Positions 28,451 through 37,911 of a DNA stretch of 64,000 bases are shown here, piece after piece. Under the pieces are notes generated by a model that saw only the letters and a program-made list of their open reading frames with translations, made no database searches and was not told the DNA's origin. Positions within the stretch are counted from its first letter, which is position 1. Each line of letters begins with the position of its first letter. This DNA is from a virus (lineage: Duplodnaviria; Caudoviricetes): the IMG/VR virus record IMGVR_UViG_3300050821_003047, positions 1,500 through 65,499 of that record; one strand, 5' to 3'. The position numbers were made by a program, and so were the translations under genes.

Positions 28451-29437
28451 ATGGCCGAATGTACAGTCTCCAATGTCTTCGATGACGTTCGGTCCCTGCT
28501 TTCTGACACCCAGATAGCAGGCGGGGAAATTTTCACCAATAATTACCTGCTGACTGGGTATGCAACTGGCGGCGTCATCGGCAGTGGTTCTCTTCTCGGG
28601 GAACCCTACCGCACGATGTACAGCAAGCTGACCGGCGGCAGCAAGCGCGTCCAGCCCACGGCCTACGTCGTTCTGCCGCCGAACACCACCGTCCTGATCC
28701 CGACCACGTACAATATCGTGGATTTCTCCGAACCGGAAATGATTGAGGAATGCGCCGCGACGTCCTCAATCCCGATCGCCACCACGGACACGTCCACGCC
28801 CATTAATGTGACCACCGTGGCTCCGCATGGCCTTGGCGCGACTGGCAGCATGAATGAGGGCCAGGTGTCTGGCGTGGCGAATACGGCGGCTCCGTGGGGG
28901 AATTGGTTTGCTACCGTCACGAGTCCTACGACTTTCTCTTTGAACGGCAGCGCTTCAGACGGGATCGCAGGCACCGGAGGCGCTTTTTACCCGGCCAGTA
29001 ACCAGCCGTTCACGGAGGTTTTCCCATGCGACTTCGCGGCCGCCTTGGATGGATTCCCGCAGTCCACGCTGGGGAATTACCTCTGGGCCAATGGCCGTCT
29101 GACTTTCCGCGGTGCCACCGGACCAGTTCTGCTACGGCTGACGTATTACGCTTCCGGAACGGCCCCGACGAATCCCAACTATGTAATTTGGATCGACAAT
29201 GCGCGGGACTTTCTGGCGCACGCCACGGCGTGCAATGCGGCGCGTTCGAAGCAGTGGTGGAGCATGTTCGAGCGACTCCGAGACAAGGCTTACGGAGATC
29301 CATCGCACCCGGAAGAATTGAGCCTGCTGGATTTGTTCTGGCAGAGTCAGGTAATGGCAGATCAACGCGGGCCATCGAGACGGCAAAGACCATTCAGGGA
29401 TCGGAGATATAAATGGGGAAGCTATTTACTGGGCTGA
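28451..29437 (+). CDS. head-tail adaptor-like protein
   Basis: TVSNVFDDVRSLLSD N-terminal helix and LRLTYYA...DFLAHAT helical C-terminus, with an inserted beta-module. Confidence 0.6.
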   Translation: MAECTVSNVFDDVRSLLSDTQIAGGEIFTNNYLLTGYATGGVIGSGSLLGEPYRTMYSKLTGGSKRVQPTAYVVLPPNTTVLIPTTYNIVDFSEPEMIEECAATSSIPIATTDTSTPINVTTVAPHGLGATGSMNEGQVSGVANTAAPWGNWFATVTSPTTFSLNGSASDGIAGTGGAFYPASNQPFTEVFPCDFAAALDGFPQSTLGNYLWANGRLTFRGATGPVLLRLTYYASGTAPTNPNYVIWIDNARDFLAHATACNAARSKQWWSMFERLRDKAYGDPSHPEELSLLDLFWQSQVMADQRGPSRRQRPFRDRRYKWGSYLLG

Positions 29438-31770
29438 TATTTTCGCTCTTAACCGTGGCCAGCGCCGGGGCGCAGTGTACCCCTGGATTTGATCCTCTTC
29501 TCGGCAAGATCACCTGCCCGCCGGCCGGGGCTCGCGTCTCCAATGCATTCGCAAGCTCGACGGCCGCAGTCACGACGCTGACGGTGGCCGTGAGTCCGCC
29601 CGCCGCATCACTTGCGGCAATCACAACCGCTTGCTTCACGGGAACTACCACACTCACCCCATTCACGGCTTACACGATCGATTCCGCCAGCACAACATCA
29701 AGCGTTATTTTTGACTTCGCCTCCACTGCAAATATCCGATGTACGGTAAATGCGACGGGAGCAGGCCCAGCCGGAACGCCTGGCTCAGCCGGACCACAGG
29801 GTCCAGCCGGTCCCGGCCTCGTAATCGACATGGCCAGCCAGGCTGGAATAGACAGCACGGGAGCCACGGACTCCGCGGCCGGCGCGCGCGCGGTGGTGGC
29901 TGGGCTCGGCTCTACCCCTGCGCAATTGTATTGGCGCACTGGAACCTACAAGTTCTCAACCTGTGGAGCCACGACAGAATCAGCAGTACGCATAAGTTCC
30001 GCATTAAGCATGCGCGGCGACGGGCCAGCGAACACCATTTTTACGGACGTAACGTCTCCGACCTGTGGCGCCCTGTTCGGGTTCTTCTGGAATCCAGGGA
30101 CGGCACCGGTCGACGATTATTCGTGGGAGCAAAACACGGGCTATGCGCTTACGGCCTCGACGCTCGCTATCGGCGCGTCATCCATCACGCTGAGCACGCC
30201 GTCGCAGGCTTCCAATTTCCCCACGGTTGGAGCGTTCGTCTATGTCCGAGGATCGAGCATCGGAACGGGGATGTATCACGGCGAACTAAACAAAGTCGCC
30301 ATTGCGGGAAACACCGGCACGGGCGTGGTGGGGCTGCTGTGGCCGTTATCGTCTGATTTCACGGGCGACACCAGCCCGCAGTTGAATGTTGTGACGAACG
30401 CCGAAGTTGTCCAGAATATCTCGATTCAGGGCATAGGGTGGCAGCATCACGGGAGCTCTTTCGTGATGGCGCAGCAGTTGAATATCGACATTTTCAACAA
30501 CAATTTCACGTTTGTAGGCACGGGTTGCTCAATCGAGACGGCGCAGACCAACTCGATGCGTGGCGTCCACTATCACGACAACGTAGTTGTGAACCCATGC
30601 CAAACGGGCGTCGATGCAGCCCGTAATCCAACAGCGTGGCTAATCGAGAAGAACACTATTACGGCGCAGGTAAATGTTGCCGAGGCGGGAGCGGACGTGG
30701 GCGTTGTGGATAATGACGTGGCGTGCATTATCAATTTGCCGTGCATCCAAACCACGATCACAGGTACGCGGATCGCACTAAACAAGGTGCGCTACACCTA
30801 CACTGGCAGTGGGGTGGCGTTCGCGATTGGCGATAACAATGGCGGCGGGGCCGGGGCAATCAACACCACGGTGACCGGCAACACGATCACGGCGGCCAAT
30901 GCTCCAGGTGGAAGCGTCAACGTGCCGGGCATCCTCCTTACCCAGCCTACGACCGTTGCGCACGACAACAACATCAACTCGGATTCGACCTGCATTGTCG
31001 TAGACGGCTTCGGTATGCAGGTGGCTCAAAATCTATGCAACCTCACCAACAATCTCGGTTTCGGCGGCATGTTGGTCGAGAGCCCCGGTTCACATGCGGT
31101 CCTCATTAACGGGTTCACGATGACGGCCTCGGCGGGCGTGACGCCGCCATCCTGCATTTGGATCGCGAATAATGGCGCGCAGACGGCCGGCACGCAGGCG
31201 TCTTTTGACCACGTAAAATGCGTTGCGTCCTCGAACGGGTTTAATATCATCAACGGCACGAACGATAAGCCAATCATCGGGCCTTCGGTATTCACGGGCA
31301 GCACGCAAATTCAGCCCACGGCTGTTACTGCGACCGTGAATGGTGCGGTGACGGCTCCCGGTTCGCCTGTGGGTAATTGCTATAAAGACAATTTCACATG
31401 GGGGCCGTGCGGGAGCGGAGGTAGCGGCAACGCAAGTGCCTATAGTGGTTCATTTTCGAGTTGCACTTCCTGTTCTATCACTCATAATCTAGGCACGCTT
31501 TACCCGCAATGCACCATATACGACTCTAACGGATGTGGAATTGGATCGACCGGTACGGGACCGGGAGTTGGCGGTAGCTGCGTGGCCACTACGTTGACAA
31601 GCTTTCAAGGACTCACGACGAGCGTTTGGAATTTCCTCTTATCCTCGGCCACAAGCGGCCATGTGACGTGTAGCGCGGTATCGGCGGGCAGTGCGCTGTC
31701 TTGGGCGGCCCTAACCAACAGCCAATGGACGGGTTTAACAAACGGTCAATGGACCGGAATGACGAATTGA
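29413..31770 (+). CDS. signal-peptide-bearing tailspike-like protein (short collagen repeat plus beta-helix)
   Basis: MGKLFTGLIFSLLTVASAGA/Q, GPAGTPGSAGPQGPAGPG, then GIDSTGATDSAA...LYWRTGTY...MRGDG (pectin-lyase-fold start). Cys-rich. Confidence 0.75.
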   Translation: MGKLFTGLIFSLLTVASAGAQCTPGFDPLLGKITCPPAGARVSNAFASSTAAVTTLTVAVSPPAASLAAITTACFTGTTTLTPFTAYTIDSASTTSSVIFDFASTANIRCTVNATGAGPAGTPGSAGPQGPAGPGLVIDMASQAGIDSTGATDSAAGARAVVAGLGSTPAQLYWRTGTYKFSTCGATTESAVRISSALSMRGDGPANTIFTDVTSPTCGALFGFFWNPGTAPVDDYSWEQNTGYALTASTLAIGASSITLSTPSQASNFPTVGAFVYVRGSSIGTGMYHGELNKVAIAGNTGTGVVGLLWPLSSDFTGDTSPQLNVVTNAEVVQNISIQGIGWQHHGSSFVMAQQLNIDIFNNNFTFVGTGCSIETAQTNSMRGVHYHDNVVVNPCQTGVDAARNPTAWLIEKNTITAQVNVAEAGADVGVVDNDVACIINLPCIQTTITGTRIALNKVRYTYTGSGVAFAIGDNNGGGAGAINTTVTGNTITAANAPGGSVNVPGILLTQPTTVAHDNNINSDSTCIVVDGFGMQVAQNLCNLTNNLGFGGMLVESPGSHAVLINGFTMTASAGVTPPSCIWIANNGAQTAGTQASFDHVKCVASSNGFNIINGTNDKPIIGPSVFTGSTQIQPTAVTATVNGAVTAPGSPVGNCYKDNFTWGPCGSGGSGNASAYSGSFSSCTSCSITHNLGTLYPQCTIYDSNGCGIGSTGTGPGVGGSCVATTLTSFQGLTTSVWNFLLSSATSGHVTCSAVSAGSALSWAALTNSQWTGLTNGQWTGMTN

Positions 31771-31777
31771 GGATTAC

Positions 31778-32695
31778 ATGAAAAGACTACTTTTACTCGT
31801 ACTGCTGTCGTCTATACCGGCCTTTGGTCAGTGTATAGGTTCGGCATGGACCACATCAGCAAGCGGCTCAACTACAGCGCAAGGTGAAATCAACCAGAAA
31901 CCCGCGTTCCAATCCTGCCCAGGAACACCCGCGTCCAATTCTCTGGCCTGCACTGTGGGACACGATATAGGAATCAATTCCTCGAACGGGGACTTTTACA
32001 CCTGCTCAGTAACGGGAACTCCAGGGACATGGGTAAAGATCGGTCCCGGCGCGGGTGGATCGGGATGCGTACCGTCTGGGTCGGCGGGTGACCTTCTCGT
32101 TGACAGCGGTTCAGGAACTTGTAACTCGTCAGCGGATTTTGTTTACACCACGCATACGATAGCCGGAGGTGCATCGGGCATCTTGGACCTACACCTAATG
32201 GGAACGAGTGCGTTCAAGGTTCCTGGGGGATTCACGACTGGCGTGTTGCACGTTACAACCTCGACCGGCGCAACGGCTGGTGGCCTAGTTAGCCTCACTG
32301 CGGACGTTACAGGTGTGCTACCAGCGGCCAATGTCGCAGCGGCATTATCGAGCACCACGAGCGTTAACGGAACGACTATTCCGTCCAGTGCCACTCTTGC
32401 CCAGGCAGTAGCTAGTGGTTCTTCCACATTGGGCACGAGCGCCATTTCTTCTGGTGCCTGTGCGACTGTAGTAACGACAACAGCAACAGGTGCAGCAACA
32501 AGTGGTCTTGGTAGTAGGATCACGGCTACTCCTAGTGTTGACCCAACTGGAGTAACGGGCTACGGCCCATCCGCTTCAGGATCTCTATACGTTTGGGTTT
32601 ATCCCACAGCCAACAATGTGAACTTTAAGGTCTGCAACAACACATCAGGGTCCATCACGCCGTCAGCCTTGACCATGAACTGGATCGTCCAATGA
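31778..32695 (+). CDS. signal-peptide-bearing fibre-like protein
   Basis: MKRLLLLVLLSSIPAFG/Q and a VSLTADVTGVLPAANV fibre-type repeat. S/T/G/C-rich. Confidence 0.7.
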   Translation: MKRLLLLVLLSSIPAFGQCIGSAWTTSASGSTTAQGEINQKPAFQSCPGTPASNSLACTVGHDIGINSSNGDFYTCSVTGTPGTWVKIGPGAGGSGCVPSGSAGDLLVDSGSGTCNSSADFVYTTHTIAGGASGILDLHLMGTSAFKVPGGFTTGVLHVTTSTGATAGGLVSLTADVTGVLPAANVAAALSSTTSVNGTTIPSSATLAQAVASGSSTLGTSAISSGACATVVTTTATGAATSGLGSRITATPSVDPTGVTGYGPSASGSLYVWVYPTANNVNFKVCNNTSGSITPSALTMNWIVQ

Positions 32696-33450
32696 AGATG
32701 CTATTTTTTATAGCCGCTCTCACTATAAATGCTAGTGCTCAGATACCAGTTGGGGGCGTCACTGCGGCGGGAGGCATTATAAACCCCTTCATTGTTTCCA
32801 GCACGGCGAACGCCGCATCAACCGCTCCAGCGGTGACAACCGGAATGAATACCACTGGAGCAACACTTCTAACCTTAGCTATTTCAAGTTTTTCAAATGA
32901 CCCAGATGGAAGCGCCAGCATTGTAGATGCTGTAGGCGGGAACGCAGCTTGTAATAATGTTGGTGGTGGACCGCCAGCCTGGACGCCATTTGGTACTAGT
33001 TACGCAAGCGGATCTAACGTAATAACAAATTTGTTCTATTGCACCCCTGCTCACACGGGTGCGGGTCATACCGTCACGGTAACTGGGCTACAGTTTCCAG
33101 CGGTTGTGTTCACAGCCTGGAACATAAAAACAACTCTGGATGTGGTTAATGGGGCAGGAAGCTCAGGCAGCGTCACGACGCTATCATCCGGCAGTAGCGG
33201 CTCTCCCGCAGGGTCGGGAGAGCTATTTATCACCGGCTACGGTTCCAACGGCACATCCACAGGCGCGCTGAGCGTTAATTCTGGTTGGACGATTCCGACT
33301 AATGGCACAATCTTTAACGGAGCCAACGGGAACACCAGTTTGAACACCGGGATAGCTTGGCAGATTGGCGGCGCGGGCGCTCTTACCGGGACTTGGACTG
33401 ACACGGGCAACAGCACCACGATGACCGCCTTTGTGGTGGCATTTAAATAA
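32692..33450 (+). CDS. signal-peptide-bearing beta-sandwich protein
   Basis: MKMLFFIAALTINASA/Q. T/G/S-rich, ends VVAFK. Confidence 0.7.
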   Translation: MKMLFFIAALTINASAQIPVGGVTAAGGIINPFIVSSTANAASTAPAVTTGMNTTGATLLTLAISSFSNDPDGSASIVDAVGGNAACNNVGGGPPAWTPFGTSYASGSNVITNLFYCTPAHTGAGHTVTVTGLQFPAVVFTAWNIKTTLDVVNGAGSSGSVTTLSSGSSGSPAGSGELFITGYGSNGTSTGALSVNSGWTIPTNGTIFNGANGNTSLNTGIAWQIGGAGALTGTWTDTGNSTTMTAFVVAFK

Positions 33451-33452
33451 CT

Positions 33453-36400
33453 ATGCGAACTCTATCTCTACTACTGATCCTTGCTGGCGCGGCGCAGGCA
33501 CAATTGACGGTCACTCGCGTTTACTGGGAATCGGGAACCAACCCAAGCCCCGACTTCAACCAGTGGACGAATATGAGTTTTGACCCGTTCATTGGCAAAA
33601 CAATCCTGCATACAAACAACGAAGTCGTACAGAGCGGCTTCCCACAAAACATCTTCTCTGATTCACTGTTTACTTGGGACGGCGGGACGCACGGCACCAT
33701 CCCTGATGTATCTGCTCTAGTGATAAAGAGCTTTCTTGGTGGCGCTGACCAACCATGTGGTTCAGTGATAAACAATTACCCCCGCCGCCACCATCCCGAA
33801 ATTACCCAAATGGTTGACACCAAGCGGCATCTATTTATAGATGGTCCCGGCCCTTGCACCAGCACCTCTGGAAGCTGGAGCGGCCTGCCAATTAATGGCT
33901 GGTGGTGGACTGACACCTCTACATTGACGACGTGGGGGCAGTTATCGGAGACTGCCTCTTCAACTCCAGTTACACTGCCTCTATCTGCCGGAAATCAATC
34001 CTTTACCGTTGCCAGTTGCGGACCAGCCCAGGTAGGAGGAATCACCGGAGCGCAATCAGTCTCGACCGGAGCATGGATAACCGGGAACCTCACCTCTTGT
34101 TCCGGAACCACCCTAATAATCAATGTGCTGTTCAGCGGCGGTACTGGCACATTCTCTGATTGGAATATCACCTTAAGTAATGACTGGAGTCAATCTGCCA
34201 CTTATGACAGCACCGATGACGCCATATTTTCCACCGACCGCGAAGGCAACACAGTCTCAGTAACTCGCGTTTACTGTACTACGATGCCGGTCGGCGGCGG
34301 AACTCCAAGCGGTGTCCTTTCTGCTCAACAAACCGCACGGGGAGTTTGCACAGTCCCTGACCAATGGGTAATTCTTAATACCAATACCCCCCCGGACGGA
34401 ATGGCTCTGGCTGCTTTTCGGTACGATGCGACCACTGACTTGCTTGTATTCTACGGTGGGTTCAGTAGCCAAAATCCCAGTGGAGAAATGACTGAAACAT
34501 GGGTGCTTTCTCCGTCCTCATGTGCAACGACCTGTAACTGGGTTAAGCCAGCGACCGCTAACTCTCCGGCGACTCAGCCTAGCACTCAATGCTGGCAACC
34601 GCCTAGCGCATCCTGTACCCCTGCTGGTCTAATTGGATTCGCGGGTGATGTCGCGAATGGAACATTTTATTACTTCCGGCCCGACGTAACGTCAGAACTG
34701 TGGGCCTTGAATCTCACAACCCTAACCTGGACTAAGATGAGTTTAACTGGCTACAATGCGCCAAATCCAATCTATATGGCGTATGACTCACTCCACCAAA
34801 AGCTAATCTCGTACGGTAACTGGGGTAGTCCGGCTCTCGACCTTGTAGAGATTCAGCTACCGACGACCGCTTCGGGCCAGTTTAGAACTCTTGGGACATG
34901 GGACGGGACGAACATAAAGTGGCTGGAGGTAGCTGGCGAAATCTCGTCACTGAGCGCGGGTGCGACCGGAACGGTGACGCTCACGGGTCCAGGAATCAGC
35001 ATACCCATCAGCGTGCAGGAGGCGATCTATCCCGGAGGGCCGACTGCGGGGATCGCGAGAACGAATGAACCGTTCCGTCAGGGAATCCCGATTCCGTTAT
35101 CGGCGGGGTTGACCAGTACGAGCGGACTTAGTCTGAGCAACACTAACGTAGTCTCGAATTCCAACATGGCCGTGGATAACGGCACCAACATCACCGTGGC
35201 GACCGGCGCTTGCACGTTCACGTTGGTTAAGGCCCATCACAACGGCCTGGATACCGTGGTATGCGGATCGACCACCGTGGTCTCCACCGGCACCGCAGTA
35301 GGCTTTGCGCTGACCGGCCCGCTCCCCACGGCTACCTACCCCGGCAATGCGACGTGCTCGCCGCAGTCGGGCGGATCGACCTGTGCTACTCTCTACACAA
35401 GCGCTCACGACCCTAATTCTACGTGCTCCATCGAGGTCAACGGGCCGCTCTATGCAGACATTCTCTGCACGGGCGTTCACGGCGACGGCTCGGGACACAC
35501 TTATATGGGATGGACGGCCCGCTATTATTTCTGGGCCGGGGAAAGCTACGTAAAGGTCACGCAGAGCCTGCGCAATGCCTTTTACGACGGCACGAATAAC
35601 GATTTCACTACCGCATTCAAAGGGTTCAAAAGCTTCGAATTTCGCACAACCCCGGCAATCTCAGGCACTCTGAGCTATCAAGTAGCCGTGGATTCGGCGT
35701 CCTGCACTAGCGGCGTGTGCTCCGGAACCATGACCACGAGCGACACCGTGACCGTTTACCAAGCGCAAAACACGTCCTCTATATCCCAGTGGGGCGACTG
35801 CTCGACCGCGTGCCTAAACCTCTACACGCCTGACGTAGGGTATGCCGCAAAAAAGAACGGCACCACGCTGGCGTCTGATACCACCGGGAATGTCTTCGTT
35901 GGCGGTTGGGCAGACATCGCCAACGGATCGGGTGTGGGTGTCCAGATCGGCGTGTATCAGGGGGCGGGATATTTCCCCAAGTCCTGGGAGTTCGACAGTG
36001 GAACTGACGTTCGCATTGGGTTGTGGCCCTCGGAGAGTAGCCAGAACTACTACCTTGGATACCCACAGTACGACACGCAGGACATCTACCTGAACTTTCA
36101 CACGTCGGCACTGTCCAATCCCACGCAGAGCTTCCAGAAGCTACAGACTTACCTACTCGCCCGCGCTCCTATCTCACAGTACAACACTGCTGGCGTCTTC
36201 CCCTACCCTCTCGTTCCGGCCGCAACCCAAGACATCTACTACAATACTGTAGGGCCAGCCTCGAATCCAACAATCGCGGCCACTCAGTTCTGTCTAAATG
36301 TCTCTACTGGCTGCATTGCGGACTACGCTCCATTTGCCTACCGTAATTACGGTTGGGCTGGTGGAACTGGAACCAATCAAGTAGAGTTCCGCTGGAGCGA

Positions 36401-37895
36401 TCTCCAAAACTTCTTGATTCGCGGTTATACGGGACGCTGGCTTAACTCATCACACTTTTACCGAATGGAGCAGGAAAAAACATGGCCTAGGGCAGATGGT
36501 ACAGCGCTCGGCGGTCCAAGTAACTTTACTTGGCGCTCAGAACCTATTGGAAGTATGAACACGGTTGATCCAGCAGGCGGTACGCCAAACGGGTTCATTT
36601 CGGACAATAGTACTTTATTTTTTACCAACTACTTCCAACAAGATGGCCAGCACACTCACTTGTGGGGCATCAACGACTACTATATGATGACCGGCGATGA
36701 GACGATGCATGATGCGATCCTTGACGGTTACTTAAACGTATTCCTGGACACGCGGACTTATATTTCGGGTACGACATACACTAGTGGATTCTCGAATACC
36801 CAAAGTTCCCGATCGATCGGCAGCACGATGACGGCTGGAACAGCCCTATACCAACTGCTAGCCGACACAGGCAACTCCAACTCCTCATCCGTGTTGAGCT
36901 ACCTCGACACGCTTTACACCAACACCGTCCTACCGACATTCTGCACTACCGCTCTATGTAATATAAACGTTCCGCCCAGTGTCGGTATAAGTCTCCAGAG
37001 AGGATTCCCGTGGGGCGGTAGCGGACTTGATAATCAATGTACGGGAGGATCTCAACTACCGGCGCAACACTTCTTTTTCCCGACTACCCTAGCAGAGGGC
37101 GTCTGGCGATACCGCGCAGCGAAAGGATCTTCGTGGAGTGGCTACACTACCGCTCTCGATTACATCGATGGCATAACCAACTTCCAGCTTCATGAATTCG
37201 TAATTAATGACGGTTCAGGAATCTGGAGCAATGGTTCATTAGGGTTCCAGTTCCCGACTAATGGGTGGCGTTACGACATACAACTTACGGTCCCTAATAA
37301 CTGTGGCAGTGGCGAGTACAATCCGAATCCCGGCCTAGAGGGGATGTGGAATACTTGGTACTACCACTCGCAGATTTATGGAGCACTACCCACAGTCCAA
37401 CTCCAGAATGTAGCTTATGCATTTGATCAAAACCAGAGCGGTGGAGTTCCAACTAACCCCGGCGGCGGCACGTCAGATTGGGGTATGTATCAAGCGGCTA
37501 ACGTGATAAATCTGATAGAGAATCCGCCAGTTGGCACCCTTCAGGATCTAACGATCACTAGTTTCGTAGATCACGGGGGAGGTTCCTACACCATCGGCTG
37601 GACAACACCCACAAGCACAACCGCGCTCAGAGCTAAATGGGGTCTGACTCAAATCGTAGATTGGATTGGATTCGATAATTTCAATGGCGTATACATTGGC
37701 AACCCGACGACAACCCAAAACTGGTTCGCCTCAACCGAAGTGCCAAGTATGCCGTCTCCATCTGCCGGATCGCAGACGGTGACTGTTTCGACTGGACAGA
37801 CAGGCCTGACCGCACCGAATTTTATGGTACGGGCAATGACTTCAGGCTCTCTTCCTCCGAGTACGGGGATCAAGATGCCTACGGCGATTAGATAG
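33453..37895 (+). CDS. large signal-peptide-bearing protein: Kelch-like propeller plus exo-rhamnogalacturonan-lyase (PcRGLX/YetA)-like region
   Basis: MRTLSLLLILAGAAQA/Q. Kelch-like LVFYGG..ETWVL..W, then RTNEPFRQGIP, TWDGTNIKW and DGQHTHLWGINDYYMMTGDE. Confidence 0.65.
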   Translation: MRTLSLLLILAGAAQAQLTVTRVYWESGTNPSPDFNQWTNMSFDPFIGKTILHTNNEVVQSGFPQNIFSDSLFTWDGGTHGTIPDVSALVIKSFLGGADQPCGSVINNYPRRHHPEITQMVDTKRHLFIDGPGPCTSTSGSWSGLPINGWWWTDTSTLTTWGQLSETASSTPVTLPLSAGNQSFTVASCGPAQVGGITGAQSVSTGAWITGNLTSCSGTTLIINVLFSGGTGTFSDWNITLSNDWSQSATYDSTDDAIFSTDREGNTVSVTRVYCTTMPVGGGTPSGVLSAQQTARGVCTVPDQWVILNTNTPPDGMALAAFRYDATTDLLVFYGGFSSQNPSGEMTETWVLSPSSCATTCNWVKPATANSPATQPSTQCWQPPSASCTPAGLIGFAGDVANGTFYYFRPDVTSELWALNLTTLTWTKMSLTGYNAPNPIYMAYDSLHQKLISYGNWGSPALDLVEIQLPTTASGQFRTLGTWDGTNIKWLEVAGEISSLSAGATGTVTLTGPGISIPISVQEAIYPGGPTAGIARTNEPFRQGIPIPLSAGLTSTSGLSLSNTNVVSNSNMAVDNGTNITVATGACTFTLVKAHHNGLDTVVCGSTTVVSTGTAVGFALTGPLPTATYPGNATCSPQSGGSTCATLYTSAHDPNSTCSIEVNGPLYADILCTGVHGDGSGHTYMGWTARYYFWAGESYVKVTQSLRNAFYDGTNNDFTTAFKGFKSFEFRTTPAISGTLSYQVAVDSASCTSGVCSGTMTTSDTVTVYQAQNTSSISQWGDCSTACLNLYTPDVGYAAKKNGTTLASDTTGNVFVGGWADIANGSGVGVQIGVYQGAGYFPKSWEFDSGTDVRIGLWPSESSQNYYLGYPQYDTQDIYLNFHTSALSNPTQSFQKLQTYLLARAPISQYNTAGVFPYPLVPAATQDIYYNTVGPASNPTIAATQFCLNVSTGCIADYAPFAYRNYGWAGGTGTNQVEFRWSDLQNFLIRGYTGRWLNSSHFYRMEQEKTWPRADGTALGGPSNFTWRSEPIGSMNTVDPAGGTPNGFISDNSTLFFTNYFQQDGQHTHLWGINDYYMMTGDETMHDAILDGYLNVFLDTRTYISGTTYTSGFSNTQSSRSIGSTMTAGTALYQLLADTGNSNSSSVLSYLDTLYTNTVLPTFCTTALCNINVPPSVGISLQRGFPWGGSGLDNQCTGGSQLPAQHFFFPTTLAEGVWRYRAAKGSSWSGYTTALDYIDGITNFQLHEFVINDGSGIWSNGSLGFQFPTNGWRYDIQLTVPNNCGSGEYNPNPGLEGMWNTWYYHSQIYGALPTVQLQNVAYAFDQNQSGGVPTNPGGGTSDWGMYQAANVINLIENPPVGTLQDLTITSFVDHGGGSYTIGWTTPTSTTALRAKWGLTQIVDWIGFDNFNGVYIGNPTTTQNWFASTEVPSMPSPSAGSQTVTVSTGQTGLTAPNFMVRAMTSGSLPPSTGIKMPTAIR

Positions 37896-37911
37896 GTCGA
37901 ACAATCCACTA

